Of a stretch of DNA of 64,000 nucleotides, positions 53,697-63,942 are shown one piece after another; position 1 is the stretch's first letter; each line of letters starts with the position of its first letter. This DNA is from an uncultured Gemmatimonadaceae bacterium (lineage in GTDB: Bacteria; Gemmatimonadota; Gemmatimonadetes; Gemmatimonadales; Gemmatimonadaceae): the NCBI GenBank assembly GCA_963822945.1, contig CAWGJO010000012.1:1-64000 (forward strand), in the 5' to 3' direction. The notes under the pieces are model-generated. The model worked only from the letters and a program-made list of their open reading frames with translations, did not search any database and was not told where the DNA came from. A program made the translations under genes and the position numbers.

Positions 53697-54425
53697 TCAG
53701 CCAGACGCACGGGACACGCAAGCGTCAATGGCCGCACGCTCGGCCGCGGTGAGCGGCCGCGTGCCCCCGCTCGGCAGGGACCCCAGTTCGATCGGCCCGA
53801 ACCGCGTGCGCACCAACCGCTCGACGCTCAACCCCAGCGCCTTGCACAACCGCCGAACCTCGCGCTTGCGGCCTTCGGCGATCGTGACCTCGAATTCCCA
53901 CTGGCCGCCGGCGGTCCGCCGGGCCTCGACGCGCCGGGGCGCCACGACGCCATCCTCCAGGGTCACCCCCTGCCGGGCGGCGCGCACGGCCTGCGGCACA
54001 TCGCCGCGCACCGTGGCCACGTACGTGCGCTCGATTTCCCCGCTCGGGTGCGTGAGGGCGTGGGCCGCCGCACCATCGGTGGTCATCAGGAGCGCCCCTT
54101 CGGTCAGGTAGTCCAGCCGGCCCACATAGACCAGGCCGGGCGCCGGCGGGACGAGATCGAACACCGTGCGCCGTCCCGCCGGGTCGGACTTCGTGGTCAT
54201 CACCCCGGCCGGCTTGTGGAGCAGGATCCACGTGGTCGCGCGGGGCGCGACGATCGGCGCGCCGTCCACGAGGATCCGGTCGGTGTCCGGCACCACGCTC
54301 TGTCCCACGCGCGCCACCTGGCCATTCACCGTCACCCGGCCGGCGGCGATCAACTCCTCGGCGCGCCGCCGCGACGCGACACCCGCGCGCGCCAGCGCGC
54401 GCTGGATGCGCATCGCTTCGCTCAT
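53697..54425 (-). CDS. rluB: rRNA pseudouridine synthase (RluB/RsuA family)
   Basis: S4 domain GVASRR, HKPAG, VGRLD and EGRKREVRR motifs; follows scpB. Confidence 0.88.
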   Translation of the reverse strand: MSEAMRIQRALARAGVASRRRAEELIAAGRVTVNGQVARVGQSVVPDTDRILVDGAPIVAPRATTWILLHKPAGVMTTKSDPAGRRTVFDLVPPAPGLVYVGRLDYLTEGALLMTTDGAAAHALTHPSGEIERTYVATVRGDVPQAVRAARQGVTLEDGVVAPRRVEARRTAGGQWEFEVTIAEGRKREVRRLCKALGLSVERLVRTRFGPIELGSLPSGGTRPLTAAERAAIDACVSRASG

Positions 54426-54967
54426 TCCACCAACGTCGGCTCGGCCCGCAGTGCGATGGCCAATTCGTCGGCACGCGGCAGTTCCTGCAGGTGGCGCAGG
54501 GCGAAGTGCTCGAGGAAGAGCGGCGTCGTGCCGTACAGCAGCGGGCGTCCCAATCCCTCGGCCCGCCCAACCACCTCCACCAATCCGCGCTCGTGCAGCG
54601 ACTTGAGCACGCCGCCCACGTTGACGCCCCGCACCTGTTCGATCTCGGCCCGGGCAATGGGTTGCCGGTAGGCGATGATGGCGAGCGACTCGAGGGCCGC
54701 CGCGGACAACCGCTGCGGACGTGCCGCGAGTTGGGCCCGTTCGATGGCCTCGGTGTATTCGGCGCGGGTGAGGATCTGCCAGCCGCCGCCCAGTTCCACC
54801 AACTCGACGCCGTGTCCGTCCACGTTGTAGTGCTCCCGTAGCGCTTCCAGCGCCGCGGTTACCGCAGCGAGGGGCGCTTCGGGATCGAGTTCCGCCAGTT
54901 CCGCGAGCGCGATGGGGCGCGGGCTCGCGAACAGCGCGGCTTCAAGCAGCTTCGCCAGCGGCGTCAC
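54422..54967 (-). CDS. scpB: SMC-Scp complex subunit ScpB
   Basis: EAALF, LSAAALESLAIIAYRQP, RGV and GRPLLYGTT motifs. Confidence 0.95.
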   Translation of the reverse strand: MTPLAKLLEAALFASPRPIALAELAELDPEAPLAAVTAALEALREHYNVDGHGVELVELGGGWQILTRAEYTEAIERAQLAARPQRLSAAALESLAIIAYRQPIARAEIEQVRGVNVGGVLKSLHERGLVEVVGRAEGLGRPLLYGTTPLFLEHFALRHLQELPRADELAIALRAEPTLVE

Positions 54968-55685
54968 GCTCAATCTCCACGTTCGCAAAGGGTTTCGGTT
55001 GGTGCACGCGCAACTCGCCCACCTTCGCCAATTCGAGCAGCCCGAGGAGCGTCGAGAGGACGAAGGACGGCTCGGCGTCGCGCTTCACGATCTCGGTCCA
55101 GAGCACACGGGCGCGGAGTTGGAGCAGGTCGCGAATGATCGCCACGGCCGCCGGCACGTCGAGCGGACGCGAGACGACGTCGTGCATGTCGGGGCGCCGC
55201 GCAGCGCGCAGGACCCGGTCCACCGCCGCGAGCAGTTCGCTGAGCGACAGCGCCAGCGGGGCCGGCGGGGCCGGCGCATCGGGGGGCACGAACGCGCGCG
55301 CGAACTGATTGCGCCGCTCCTCGCCCCGATGTTCCAGCAGGTCCACGATCTCACGCATCTGCTGATACTCGAGCAGCCGCCGAACGAGTTCGGCGCGCGG
55401 ATCCTCCCAGGCCTCTTCTTCACCCCGCGGCAGGAGCATCTGCGCCTTGATGCGCAACAGGCGCGCGGCCATTTCCAGATAGTCCGCGGCGTCATTGAGC
55501 CCGAGTGTGCGGATGCGCACCAGGAACTGTTCGGCGATACGCGCGATCGGGATGTCGTAGATGTCGAGCTGCTCCTCCCGAATGAGCGTCAGGAGCAGGT
55601 CGAGGGGGCCGGAAAAGGCCTTGAGGTCGACGACGAACGCCGCGTCGCCGGCCGGTGATTCGAGGGCCAGTTGCTCTCCGGTCAT
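54942..55685 (-). CDS. scpA: segregation/condensation protein ScpA
   Basis: FSGPLDLLL, DIYDIPI, LLRIKAQMLLP, DPRAELV and LLELAK motifs. Confidence 0.94.
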   Translation of the reverse strand: MTGEQLALESPAGDAAFVVDLKAFSGPLDLLLTLIREEQLDIYDIPIARIAEQFLVRIRTLGLNDAADYLEMAARLLRIKAQMLLPRGEEEAWEDPRAELVRRLLEYQQMREIVDLLEHRGEERRNQFARAFVPPDAPAPPAPLALSLSELLAAVDRVLRAARRPDMHDVVSRPLDVPAAVAIIRDLLQLRARVLWTEIVKRDAEPSFVLSTLLGLLELAKVGELRVHQPKPFANVEIERDAAGEAA

Positions 55686-56379
55686 TGGGGCATCCACTGC
55701 TGCGTACCCGGCATGACGAACGATCCCACGATCCCCTGCAGGAACTGGCCCGCATGAATCACGGGTTGCAGCCAGACGTTGAAGAACGATCCGCCGAACC
55801 AGAGCAGCACCACGAGAATCACGATGCCGTACCGGCCCATGGCCTGGTAGCGCACCGCCCAGGCCGCCGGCAGCAGGTGCGTTACCACGTGCGAGCCGTC
55901 GAGCGGCGGGATCGGGATCAGATTGAACGCCAGCAGGATCAGGTTGATCCAGATGCCGAAGATGAGCATGGCCTGCAGAATGGAGAGCGCCCCCCGAGCG
56001 CCGGCAGGGTCTGCCCCACCGCGCCGACGATCCCGACCCCGGCCACGCAGGCGAGCGCGATGATGAGATTCGCCGTCACGCCCGCCAGCGACACGATGAT
56101 GTCGCCGCTTCTGAAATTGCGGTAATTGCGGGGATTCACCGGAACCGGCTTCGCGCCGCCGAGGACGATATGCCAGTTCGACGTGATCCCGATCATGAGC
56201 GGCAGGATGATGGTCATGAAGGGATCGATATGCCGGAGGGGATTCCACGTCAGACGGCCCAGGCTGCGCGCCGTCGGGTCACCCTGGCGCAACGCGGCGT
56301 AGCCGTGTGCGTACTCGTGCGCGATCATCGAGAACAGCAGGATCGGCCCGACGAGCAGGATGGTCTGGAGAGTATGCAA
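55682..56379 (-). CDS. site-2 protease (M50 family), one apparent frameshift in a G run at about 55990
   Basis: HEYAH, GRLTWNPLRHID and AKPVPVN in one frame; FNLIPIPPLDG in the next. Confidence 0.88.
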
Positions 56380-56433
56380 CGGCTGGGGTTTTGGCGCGGA
56401 GCGGGCGCCGGCTGAGCCGGCGGCAACGACGGT

Positions 56434-56462
56434 AAGCTAGCGGACACGGCGAGGGGTGTCAA
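56434..56462 (-). promoter_or_regulatory. promoter of the site-2 protease-scpAB operon
   Basis: TTGACA-N17-TAGCTT. Confidence 0.8.
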
Positions 56463-56501
56463 AGCGCTGTGGCGCCACAACATCCGGCCGGTCGGCTCGG
56501 C

Positions 56502-56530
56502 TTGACAACCCCCCGGGGGACGCCTAGCTT
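56502..56530 (+). promoter_or_regulatory. rpsT promoter
   Basis: TTGACA-N17-TAGCTT. Confidence 0.8.
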
Positions 56531-56579
56531 CCCCCCTTCGCGCAACCGCGCGAATCGACTGGAACATTTCGGAGAACTC

Positions 56580-56813
56580 GTGCCAAAAATCGCATCCGCG
56601 AAGAAGAACATGCGGAAGTCCCGGGCGGCCACGGTGCGCAACCGCGCTCAGCGGGCCACACTCAGGACCGCGTTGAAGAAGGCCAAGGCCCCCGGGGCCA
56701 CGCCGGCCGACAAGGTCGCGGCAGTGCGTCTGGCCGATCGGGCTGCCCGCAAGGGCCTGTTGCACCGCAACGCCGCCGCGCGCCACAAGAGCCAGATCGC
56801 GCGCAGCGCGTAG
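56580..56813 (+). CDS. rpsT: 30S ribosomal protein S20
   Basis: SAKK..R...RN, DRAARKGLLHRNAAAR motifs; GGAG RBS with GTG start. Confidence 0.95.
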   Translation: MPKIASAKKNMRKSRAATVRNRAQRATLRTALKKAKAPGATPADKVAAVRLADRAARKGLLHRNAAARHKSQIARSA

Positions 56814-56842
56814 CAGCCGATCATCGGTTTGGAGTACAAGCA

Positions 56843-56869
56843 GAGGGCCGCGACGTCGTCGCGGCCCTC
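56843..56869. terminator. hairpin between convergent genes
   Basis: GAGGGCCGCGAC-GTC-GTCGCGGCCCTC, a perfect 12-bp stem. Confidence 0.65.
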
Positions 56870-56909
56870 GGTGCGTTGTCGGCCATCCGCCCGCGCCGTC
56901 GCGCCCGTA

Positions 56910-58052
56910 TCAGAGCGAGGCCAACTCCGCCCCGCACCGCTCGCAGTACCACTCCGTCGGGTAGTTCATGGCGCCGCACTCGACGCACTTGAGCGTCTTG
57001 GGCTGCTCCACCGCCCCGGAGGGCCGGAGCACGATCGGATTGTTCCCGGTAACGTTGGCCGCGTAGGGACGGTCGTTGGGCCGCTCCGGCTCGCGCGCCC
57101 TTCCCACCAGCCCGGCCGCTGCATCTTCCTGGTCTTCACGGATGAACTCGTGCTCCTGTGAGGGACGCCCGGCTCGCTCCGACAGTTCCTCACCCATGGT
57201 GTCGCTGGCGGCCTGGGTGATGTCGGGCGACGATGCGCGCGCCGGCGGCGGCTCTTCGTGCGGCCCCGAGGGCCTCGGGGCAGACCGTCCCTCGTGCGGC
57301 CCCGAGCCTCGGCGGGGGGGCGGACCCTCCCGCAGGGGCGGTGCCTTGGCAGTCTGAGCGGCGCTCTCCGCGGCTTTGGCAACCGCGCGGCCATTCACCG
57401 GGGTGCCCTTGGCGAGCGGCGACACCACCGACTGGAGGAAGGCGAGTTCGTCGAACTTGGACTGTTCCGGCGTCTTCCGGTCCGCAGCCGAGCCCGACGG
57501 GGCGCCGGACTCCGTTGGACCGGACGCGCGGTCGACAGCCGCGTCATCGTCGGTCGCCGAGTCGGCCACCGCGGGGGAGGCTTCGGCCGGCGACGCCGAG
57601 TGGGTGGCCGGCGGCGCGGTGGCCGCCCCCAGCAACTCGTGCACCCGGTTGAGGTCGGCGCCTACCACCGCCTGCTCAGCCGCGATGGCAGCCAGAGCCT
57701 CGTCCGCCTCACCGGCGGTGGCGTTCCAGTCCGCTTCCGACAGCTCACCCACGTGGGCACGCAACTCGGCCTCGGCCCTGGCGTCCCGGCGTTCCTGTTC
57801 CTTTTCGGCCAACTCGGCCAGGCGCGTGGTGTACTTCTCCGCCTGCTCTTCCAGCGCCGCCGCATGTTCCTTCAACTCGCGGATCACTCCGGCGAGGCGC
57901 GTTTCGTAGTCCGCCCGAACGCGGTCGTACACGTTCTGCGGCGTCGACTCCCGGCGGGCATCCAGCGCCGCGAGCCAGGACTCGAACTTGACGCGCTCCT
58001 GCATGAGCGCGGTGACGACGTCGAGAGGAGAATTCGGAGTCTGCTTGGTCAT
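56910..58052 (-). CDS. hypothetical protein: coiled coil, disordered linker, C-terminal zinc ribbon
   Basis: Helical N-terminal ~140 aa, P/A/S-rich linker, CVECG...CERCG. Confidence 0.75.
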   Translation of the reverse strand: MTKQTPNSPLDVVTALMQERVKFESWLAALDARRESTPQNVYDRVRADYETRLAGVIRELKEHAAALEEQAEKYTTRLAELAEKEQERRDARAEAELRAHVGELSEADWNATAGEADEALAAIAAEQAVVGADLNRVHELLGAATAPPATHSASPAEASPAVADSATDDDAAVDRASGPTESGAPSGSAADRKTPEQSKFDELAFLQSVVSPLAKGTPVNGRAVAKAAESAAQTAKAPPLREGPPPRRGSGPHEGRSAPRPSGPHEEPPPARASSPDITQAASDTMGEELSERAGRPSQEHEFIREDQEDAAAGLVGRAREPERPNDRPYAANVTGNNPIVLRPSGAVEQPKTLKCVECGAMNYPTEWYCERCGAELASL

Positions 58053-58696
58053 TCGATATCCCGCGCTGCTTGTGCAGCGGCGCGCAGCGTCGCGGCTTGG
58101 TCCGGGCTCAACGGGGTGACGCGACCCACCTGGCGCGCAGCGAGCAGAATGCGCGCCGCGTGCTCGAGGCTCTCCATGCGCTGATGCGCAATGAGAAGGG
58201 ATGGACCTACGGTCGTCGCGCCATGATTGGCCATGAGAAAAGCGTCGTGGTACGGAAGGAAGGGTTCGAACTGGTCGGCGAGCGCTTCGCCACCAGGCAT
58301 CGCATACGGAACGAGCGGGACCCCGCCCACTTGAAGCACCAACTCCGGCAGCACCGGCGCCATGAAATCCTCGCCCGCCACACCGAACGCGGTCGCCGTC
58401 GGCGGGTGGGCATGGACCACGGCGTTTACATCCGATCGCCGACGGTAGATGCGAATATGCATCCTTACCTCTGACGACGCACGATGGTTCCCGGAAACGA
58501 GTTGCCCCTCCGGGTCCACCACCACCAGGTCGGTTTCCGTCAGTTCGCCCTTGGACAGGCCGGCGGGGGTGACCAGCAAATGGCCGGATTCCAGCCGTAC
58601 CGAGACGTTTCCGTCAGGGCCCGCAATGAGCCCGCGGGCTGCCAGGCGCTGGCAGACGCGGACGACGTCAGCTCGGAGTGCCGCCTCGGATGGCAT
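58049..58696 (-). CDS. class II aldolase/adducin family protein
   Basis: GNVS, TPAG, SSE, HAH and NHG motifs. Confidence 0.9.
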   Translation of the reverse strand: MPSEAALRADVVRVCQRLAARGLIAGPDGNVSVRLESGHLLVTPAGLSKGELTETDLVVVDPEGQLVSGNHRASSEVRMHIRIYRRRSDVNAVVHAHPPTATAFGVAGEDFMAPVLPELVLQVGGVPLVPYAMPGGEALADQFEPFLPYHDAFLMANHGATTVGPSLLIAHQRMESLEHAARILLAARQVGRVTPLSPDQAATLRAAAQAARDIE

Positions 58697-59972
58697 AGGC
58701 CACGTCTCCGCCGACCAGGGTGTAGTGGACGCGCCCGGTGAGCGTCATGCCGGCATACGGGGAGTTGCGCCCCTTGGAGCGGAACGCCGCGGGGTCCACG
58801 GTCCATTCGGCGGTGGGGGCGAACACGGTCACGTCGGCGGCGGTTCCCCGCCGGAGCGTGCCCCCGGGCAGGTGAAAGATGCGCGCCGGCGCCACCGACA
58901 TCCGGTCGATGAGGGTGCCGACGTCGACGATTCCGGGTTTGACGAGCCAGGTCACGTTCACGGCCAGCGCGGTTTCCAGCCCGACGATGCCATTGGGGGC
59001 GTCGGAGAACTCCCGCTCCTTCTCGTCGTAGTGGTGCGGCGCATGGTCGGTAGCGATCACGTCGATGGTGCCGTCGCGGACGGCCTCGCGGAGCGCCTCG
59101 ACGTCGTCGGGCGTGCGCAGCGGCGGGTTCATCTTGGCGTTGGTGTTGTACGCCCCGACCGCCTCTTCGTTGAGCGAAATGTGATGGGGGCAGACTTCCG
59201 CCGTGACGTTGATTCCGCGCTCCTTGCCCCACCGGATGAGGTCCACCGATCCGCGCGTGCTCATGTGGCACAGATGGACGTGCCCGCCCGTCCGCTTGGC
59301 CAGCAGAATGTCGCGGATGGCCATGATCTCCTCGGCTTCCGACGGAATGCCCTTGAGCCCCAACCGGGCGCTCACCAGGCCCTCGTTCATCACGCCGCCG
59401 GCGGCGAGCGTCGGCTCCTCGCAATGGTCCGCCACCGGGATCCCGAAGTTACGGGCATACTCCAGGGCCGTGCGCATGAGATGCGCGCTGACCACGGGCT
59501 TCCCGTCGTCGCTTACCGCCACCGCGCCGGCGCCGACCATCTCGCCGAACTCCGCGAGCTTGGCGCCGAGCTGGCCCACCGAGACGGCACCGATGGGATA
59601 CACGCGCGCGGCACTGGCCCGCTGGGCCTGCCGCACGATGAATCCCACCGCCGCCTGATTGTCGGTCACCGGATCGGTGTTCGGCATCGCGCAGACCGCC
59701 GTGAACCCGCCCGCTGCCGCCGCCCGCGCGCCGGTGGCGATCGTCTCCACGTCCTCACGCCCCGGTTCACGCAGGTGGCAGTGCACGTCGATGAACCCCG
59801 GAGACACCACGAGCCCGGCGCAGTCGATCACCTCGGCGGCGCCGGCACCGTCGGCCAGCCGCGGACCGATCTCGGCGATCACCCCATCGCGGATCAGGAC
59901 GTCCGCCACCGCATCCATCCCCTGGGACGGGTCGACGACCCGGCCGCCGCGCAACAGGATGGCGCCGCTCAT
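58668..59972 (-). CDS. pyrC: dihydroorotase
   Basis: [22 protein letters not shown] and ATDHAPH motifs. Confidence 0.95.
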   Translation of the reverse strand: MSGAILLRGGRVVDPSQGMDAVADVLIRDGVIAEIGPRLADGAGAAEVIDCAGLVVSPGFIDVHCHLREPGREDVETIATGARAAAAGGFTAVCAMPNTDPVTDNQAAVGFIVRQAQRASAARVYPIGAVSVGQLGAKLAEFGEMVGAGAVAVSDDGKPVVSAHLMRTALEYARNFGIPVADHCEEPTLAAGGVMNEGLVSARLGLKGIPSEAEEIMAIRDILLAKRTGGHVHLCHMSTRGSVDLIRWGKERGINVTAEVCPHHISLNEEAVGAYNTNAKMNPPLRTPDDVEALREAVRDGTIDVIATDHAPHHYDEKEREFSDAPNGIVGLETALAVNVTWLVKPGIVDVGTLIDRMSVAPARIFHLPGGTLRRGTAADVTVFAPTAEWTVDPAAFRSKGRNSPYAGMTLTGRVHYTLVGGDVAYAIRGGTPS

Positions 59973-60946
59973 CGGGCCGCCCCGGTTCCGGTATCCTTGG
60001 CCGCCTCGGCCAGTTCCGGACGTCCGCCCGAGAGGAGATAGAGCACCGCCATGCGAATCGCCACGCCGTTGGTTACCTGGGGGAGGATGACACTGAAGGG
60101 GCCGTCGGCGACGTCGGAATCGATCTCGACGCCGCGATTCATCGGGCCCGGGTGCAGGATGAGGACGTCACGCGGCGCGCGGTTCAAGCGCTCGCGCGAA
60201 ACGCCGAACACGCGGTTGTATTCCCGCAGCGACGGGATGTAGCCCGCCGTCATGCGCTCCAGCTGGAGCCGCAGGATGTTGAGCGCGTCCGCCCACTGAA
60301 TGGCGTCGTCGATGTGATCGAAGACGGTCACGCCCATGCCGTCGATGGCGTTCGGCAGAAGCGACCGCGGACCGCACACCGCCACTTCGGCTCCCATCTT
60401 CTTCAGGCCCCAGATGTTCGAGCGCGCCACGCGCGAGTGGAGCACGTCGCCGCACAGGCAGACCTTGAGTCCGGCGAGCGTCTTGAAGTGATCGCGCAAC
60501 GTCAGCATGTCGAGCAGCCCCTGCGTCGGATGCTCGTGCGTGCCGTCGCCGGCATTGATGACGTTGGACTCGATCCGGTCGGCCAGGAACTGCGCGGCTC
60601 CCGAGGCGCCGTGCCGGATGACCACCATGTCGATCCGCATGGCTTCGAGATTCCGGGCCGTATCCACCAGCGTCTCGCCCTTCGTGACGCTGGAACTCGC
60701 GGCGGCCACGTTCACCGGATCGGCGGACAGCCGCTTCTCCGCGAATTCGAACGACACGCGCGTCCGCGTGGACGGCTCGAAGAACAGATTGACGATCGTC
60801 GCACCGCGCAGCGTGGGCACCTTCTTGATCGTGCGCTCGCTGATTTCCTTGAACGGCTCGGCGGTATCGAGAATGAGTTGAATCTGGTCGCCGGTCAGTG
60901 GCTCGAGTCCGAGGAGATCCTTGCCCAGCGGCCCGACGCTCCTCAC
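59969..60946 (-). CDS. pyrB: aspartate carbamoyltransferase catalytic subunit
   Basis: [27 protein letters not shown] and HPGPMNRG motifs. Confidence 0.97.
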   Translation of the reverse strand: MRSVGPLGKDLLGLEPLTGDQIQLILDTAEPFKEISERTIKKVPTLRGATIVNLFFEPSTRTRVSFEFAEKRLSADPVNVAAASSSVTKGETLVDTARNLEAMRIDMVVIRHGASGAAQFLADRIESNVINAGDGTHEHPTQGLLDMLTLRDHFKTLAGLKVCLCGDVLHSRVARSNIWGLKKMGAEVAVCGPRSLLPNAIDGMGVTVFDHIDDAIQWADALNILRLQLERMTAGYIPSLREYNRVFGVSRERLNRAPRDVLILHPGPMNRGVEIDSDVADGPFSVILPQVTNGVAIRMAVLYLLSGGRPELAEAAKDTGTGAAR

Positions 60947-61494
60947 GCCGACGCTCCCGGCGGGATCTGCACCACCGCGTCGCGGCCGTCGAGTTCGGCG
61001 ACCAGCACGTCGATCCGGGCGCCGGGTGGTATGGTGAGCGTACGCCCCACCACGTCGGCGTGGATCGGGAGTTCGCGGCCGCCCCGGTCGATGAGGACCG
61101 CCAGCGCGATCCGTCGCGGCCGGCCGAAGTCGGCCAGCTCGTCGAGCGCGGCGCGCACGGTGCGGCCCGTGTAGAGCACGTCGTCGACGATCACCACGTG
61201 TTTGCCGTCGATATCCCAGGGGATATCCGTGGGGCCGACCACCGGTCGCGGCCCCACGGTCTGGAGGTCGTCGCGGTAGAGGGTGATGTCGAGCGCGCCA
61301 CGGGGAACGGTCACGTTCTCCCGTTCCGCGATCATCGATACGATGCGCGCCGCGAGTTGAACTCCGCGGCGCTGAATACCAACAATGAGCAGATCGTCCG
61401 TACCGTTGTTCAGCTCGACGATTTCGTCGGCCATTCGACGGAGGGTTCGCTGGAGCGATCGCGCGTCGAGAATCGTGACGGGGGCGTCAGGCAT
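60943..61494 (-). CDS. pyrR: bifunctional pyr regulator / uracil phosphoribosyltransferase
   Basis: [19 protein letters not shown] and DRGGRELPI motifs. Confidence 0.95.
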   Translation of the reverse strand: MPDAPVTILDARSLQRTLRRMADEIVELNNGTDDLLIVGIQRRGVQLAARIVSMIAERENVTVPRGALDITLYRDDLQTVGPRPVVGPTDIPWDIDGKHVVIVDDVLYTGRTVRAALDELADFGRPRRIALAVLIDRGGRELPIHADVVGRTLTIPPGARIDVLVAELDGRDAVVQIPPGASA

Positions 61495-61595
61495 CGGGAC
61501 ACAATATGGCGAATCGCACCGCGGAAATGAAGCGGCGAGTGCGCGCCGGCGCGATCTCGGCTTGCCCGGAAGCCCCCTTCCGAGTTCCTTTCGAT

Positions 61596-62396
61596 ATGCT
61601 CCGCCCACTCACGTGCACACTGCTGGCCCTGGCCTCGGCCGCGTCCATGGCCGCCCAGACACCGGTCGTTCCCGATACCACCGGCCCCGGGGCCGCCGCC
61701 AACTGGCCGTTCGCGGTGGGCGAGCGGATGACCTTCGAGGCCAAGTTCGGTTGGCTGCCCGTCGGCCGCGCCGAGGTGGTGCTCGAGGCACGGGACACCG
61801 TGCGTGGACACCAGACCCTGCGCAGCCGGTTCTCGGTGAATGGGGGCCCCTCCTGGTTCGGCGTCCACGACAACTACACCAGTTGGTTCGATACACAGAC
61901 GCTGGTGTCGTACCGCTACCACCAGGACATCCACGAAGGCCGGTACAAGCGGAACACCATCTATCAGATCTTCCCGGACGAGGGCATCTACACCAAGAAC
62001 GGGAAGGACACGAGCCTCACCGTGCTCAGTCCGCTCGACGACCAGTCGTTCATCTACTTCGTCCGCACGCTGCCCCTGGCCGTCGGCCAGCACTATGAGT
62101 GGAACCGCTATTTCATGGCGGACAAGAATCCCGTGATCGTGGACGTGGAGCGCCGGGAGGAAGTGGAGGTACCGGCGGGGAAGTTCATGTGCCTGGTGCT
62201 CAAGCCGACGATCAAGACGTCGGCCATGTTCTCCGAGGGCGGCCACGCCGAGATCTGGATCAGCGACGACGACCGCCGACTGATCGTGCAGATGAAGTCG
62301 GGGCTGAAGATCGGGTCGGTGAATCTGTACCTGAAGAGCTACTCGCTCGGCGGGAGCGCCTCCGACAGTTCCGGCGGCGCGTCGCACCAGCACTGA
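61596..62396 (+). CDS. exported DUF3108-like protein
   Basis: Signal peptide, PFAVGERMTF, VEVPAGKF and IWISDDDRRLIV motifs. Confidence 0.72.
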   Translation: MLRPLTCTLLALASAASMAAQTPVVPDTTGPGAAANWPFAVGERMTFEAKFGWLPVGRAEVVLEARDTVRGHQTLRSRFSVNGGPSWFGVHDNYTSWFDTQTLVSYRYHQDIHEGRYKRNTIYQIFPDEGIYTKNGKDTSLTVLSPLDDQSFIYFVRTLPLAVGQHYEWNRYFMADKNPVIVDVERREEVEVPAGKFMCLVLKPTIKTSAMFSEGGHAEIWISDDDRRLIVQMKSGLKIGSVNLYLKSYSLGGSASDSSGGASHQH

Positions 62397-62414
62397 CCGC
62401 GAGGCCGGCCCGGT

Positions 62415-63143
62415 TCAGCGGGTGCCGGCGGTGACGCGGCGGAAGATGTGGGCGTTGGCGGCATACCACGGGGGCACGCGGACCGCCGCCAGGTCCAGCC
62501 GGAACGCGGCGTCGTCCGATCCGAGCGCATAGCCCAACGCCTCGAAGCGCTGGATCCAGTAGGCCACCGGCCGCTCGTTGACGTGCAGGGTGCCGCCCTG
62601 CCCCGGATGAGCCGCCGAAAACACGATCGTGGGGCATCCCGTGAGGGCGTCGAGCAGGCGCCCGGCATGCCAGGGCAGCAGGTGCTCCGCCACTTCCAGG
62701 CACAGCGCGACGTCGAAGGGCGCGCAGGCAGCCCGCAGTGCGGCTCGGTCCGGCCGCGACAAGCGCGGAACGTCGATCGCGTGGACGTCGATGCCGCGCT
62801 CGGCCGCCCGCGCCCGCGCCGTGGCAGATCCGTCGTAGCCGCGGAGTTCCAGATCCGGGGAAAGCGTCCGCATGGCGGCGAGCAGCTTTGCGTCGCCGCA
62901 TCCGACATCCACCACGCCGCGGGGTCGCGTATGCCGGAGGATGCACGCCGCGAACCCGGTCCAGTCCCAGGCGCCGTCGGCGTGCAGATCCCAGAACGCC
63001 GGGTCGTAGGCTTCGGCCGTCGAATCGCGCCCGGCCCACAGCCGCCAGCGCGCGTACTCGCCGAATGCGTAGGCGCGGCGCAGCGGTCGATACACCCGCG
63101 GCAGCCGGCGGCGCAGGAATGCGCTCAGTTGCTGAGCGAACAT
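62415..63143 (-). CDS. class I SAM-dependent methyltransferase
   Basis: VVDVGCGDA, FDVALCLEVAEHL and PGQGGTLHVNE motifs. Confidence 0.85.
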   Translation of the reverse strand: MFAQQLSAFLRRRLPRVYRPLRRAYAFGEYARWRLWAGRDSTAEAYDPAFWDLHADGAWDWTGFAACILRHTRPRGVVDVGCGDAKLLAAMRTLSPDLELRGYDGSATARARAAERGIDVHAIDVPRLSRPDRAALRAACAPFDVALCLEVAEHLLPWHAGRLLDALTGCPTIVFSAAHPGQGGTLHVNERPVAYWIQRFEALGYALGSDDAAFRLDLAAVRVPPWYAANAHIFRRVTAGTR

Positions 63144-63153
63144 GACCAGTTCA

Positions 63154-63241
63154 CGGATGGGGTGGGATTCGAACCCACGGTACGCTTTTGACGTACACAC
63201 ACTTTCCAGGCGTGCGCCTTAAACCACTCGGCCACCCATCC
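63154..63241 (-). tRNA. tRNA-Ser(GGA)
   Basis: GGATGGGTGGCCGAGTGG...CT-GGA-AA, long variable arm, GGTTCGAATCC. Confidence 0.95.
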
Positions 63242-63299
63242 AAGCGACGGCGCGCTGCCCGAAACGAGACCGCGGCAGCGCGCCGACTATGTAGAGCAG

Positions 63300-63386
63300 C
63301 GGACAGGGTGAGATTCGAACTCACGATACCGTTGCCGGTATGCCGGTTTTCGAGACCGGTGCCTTCAGCCACTCGGCCACCTGTCC
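63300..63386 (-). tRNA. tRNA-Ser(CGA)
   Basis: GGACAGGTGGCCGAGTGG...CT-CGA-AA, long variable arm, GTTCGAATC. Confidence 0.95.
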
Positions 63387-63397
63387 TGGGGTCTCAA

Positions 63398-63426
63398 AAA
63401 ATAGACCGCAAGTTACGCAGAGTCAA
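63398..63426 (-). promoter_or_regulatory. promoter of the tRNA-Ser pair
   Basis: TTGACT-N17-TATTTT. Confidence 0.65.
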
Positions 63427-63447
63427 CGCGATGCGGAACGCGCTCGA

Positions 63448-63942
63448 CTAGCCCTCCGGCGGCTCCTCCCGTCGAGTCGCGAAGAACGCCCGCAATACCT
63501 CACCGCAGCGGGCGGATTCGACCCCCGCCCGCACCTCGGCGCGGTGATTCAGCTTCGGATGCCGCACCAGATCGCCCACCGACCCGACCATCCCCGCCTT
63601 CTCGTCCCAGGCGCCGAACACCAGCCGGTCGACGCGCGCCAGTACGAGCGCGCCGGCGCACATGGCACACGGCTCGAGCGTGACGTAAAGCGTGCAGCCG
63701 CTGAGCCGCCAGTCGCCCAGCACCCGGGCGGCCTGGCGGATGGCGAGCATCTCCGCGTGCGCGGTCGGGTCCTGATCCCGCACCGTGCGGTTGGCGGCGC
63801 GGGCGACGACCACGCCGTGGCGGACGATGAGGGCGCCCACCGGCACGTCGCCTTCCTCGGCGGCGCGCCCGGCCTCGGCCAGCGCCTCCGCCATCCAGTC
63901 CTCGTCGGAGACGGGGCTCGGCGCGCTGTCGAGCGCGGTCAC
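63448..63942 (-). CDS. tadA: tRNA adenosine(34) deaminase
   Basis: VPVGA, DPTAHAE, TLEPCAMC and LNH motifs. Confidence 0.95.
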   Translation of the reverse strand: MTALDSAPSPVSDEDWMAEALAEAGRAAEEGDVPVGALIVRHGVVVARAANRTVRDQDPTAHAEMLAIRQAARVLGDWRLSGCTLYVTLEPCAMCAGALVLARVDRLVFGAWDEKAGMVGSVGDLVRHPKLNHRAEVRAGVESARCGEVLRAFFATRREEPPEG

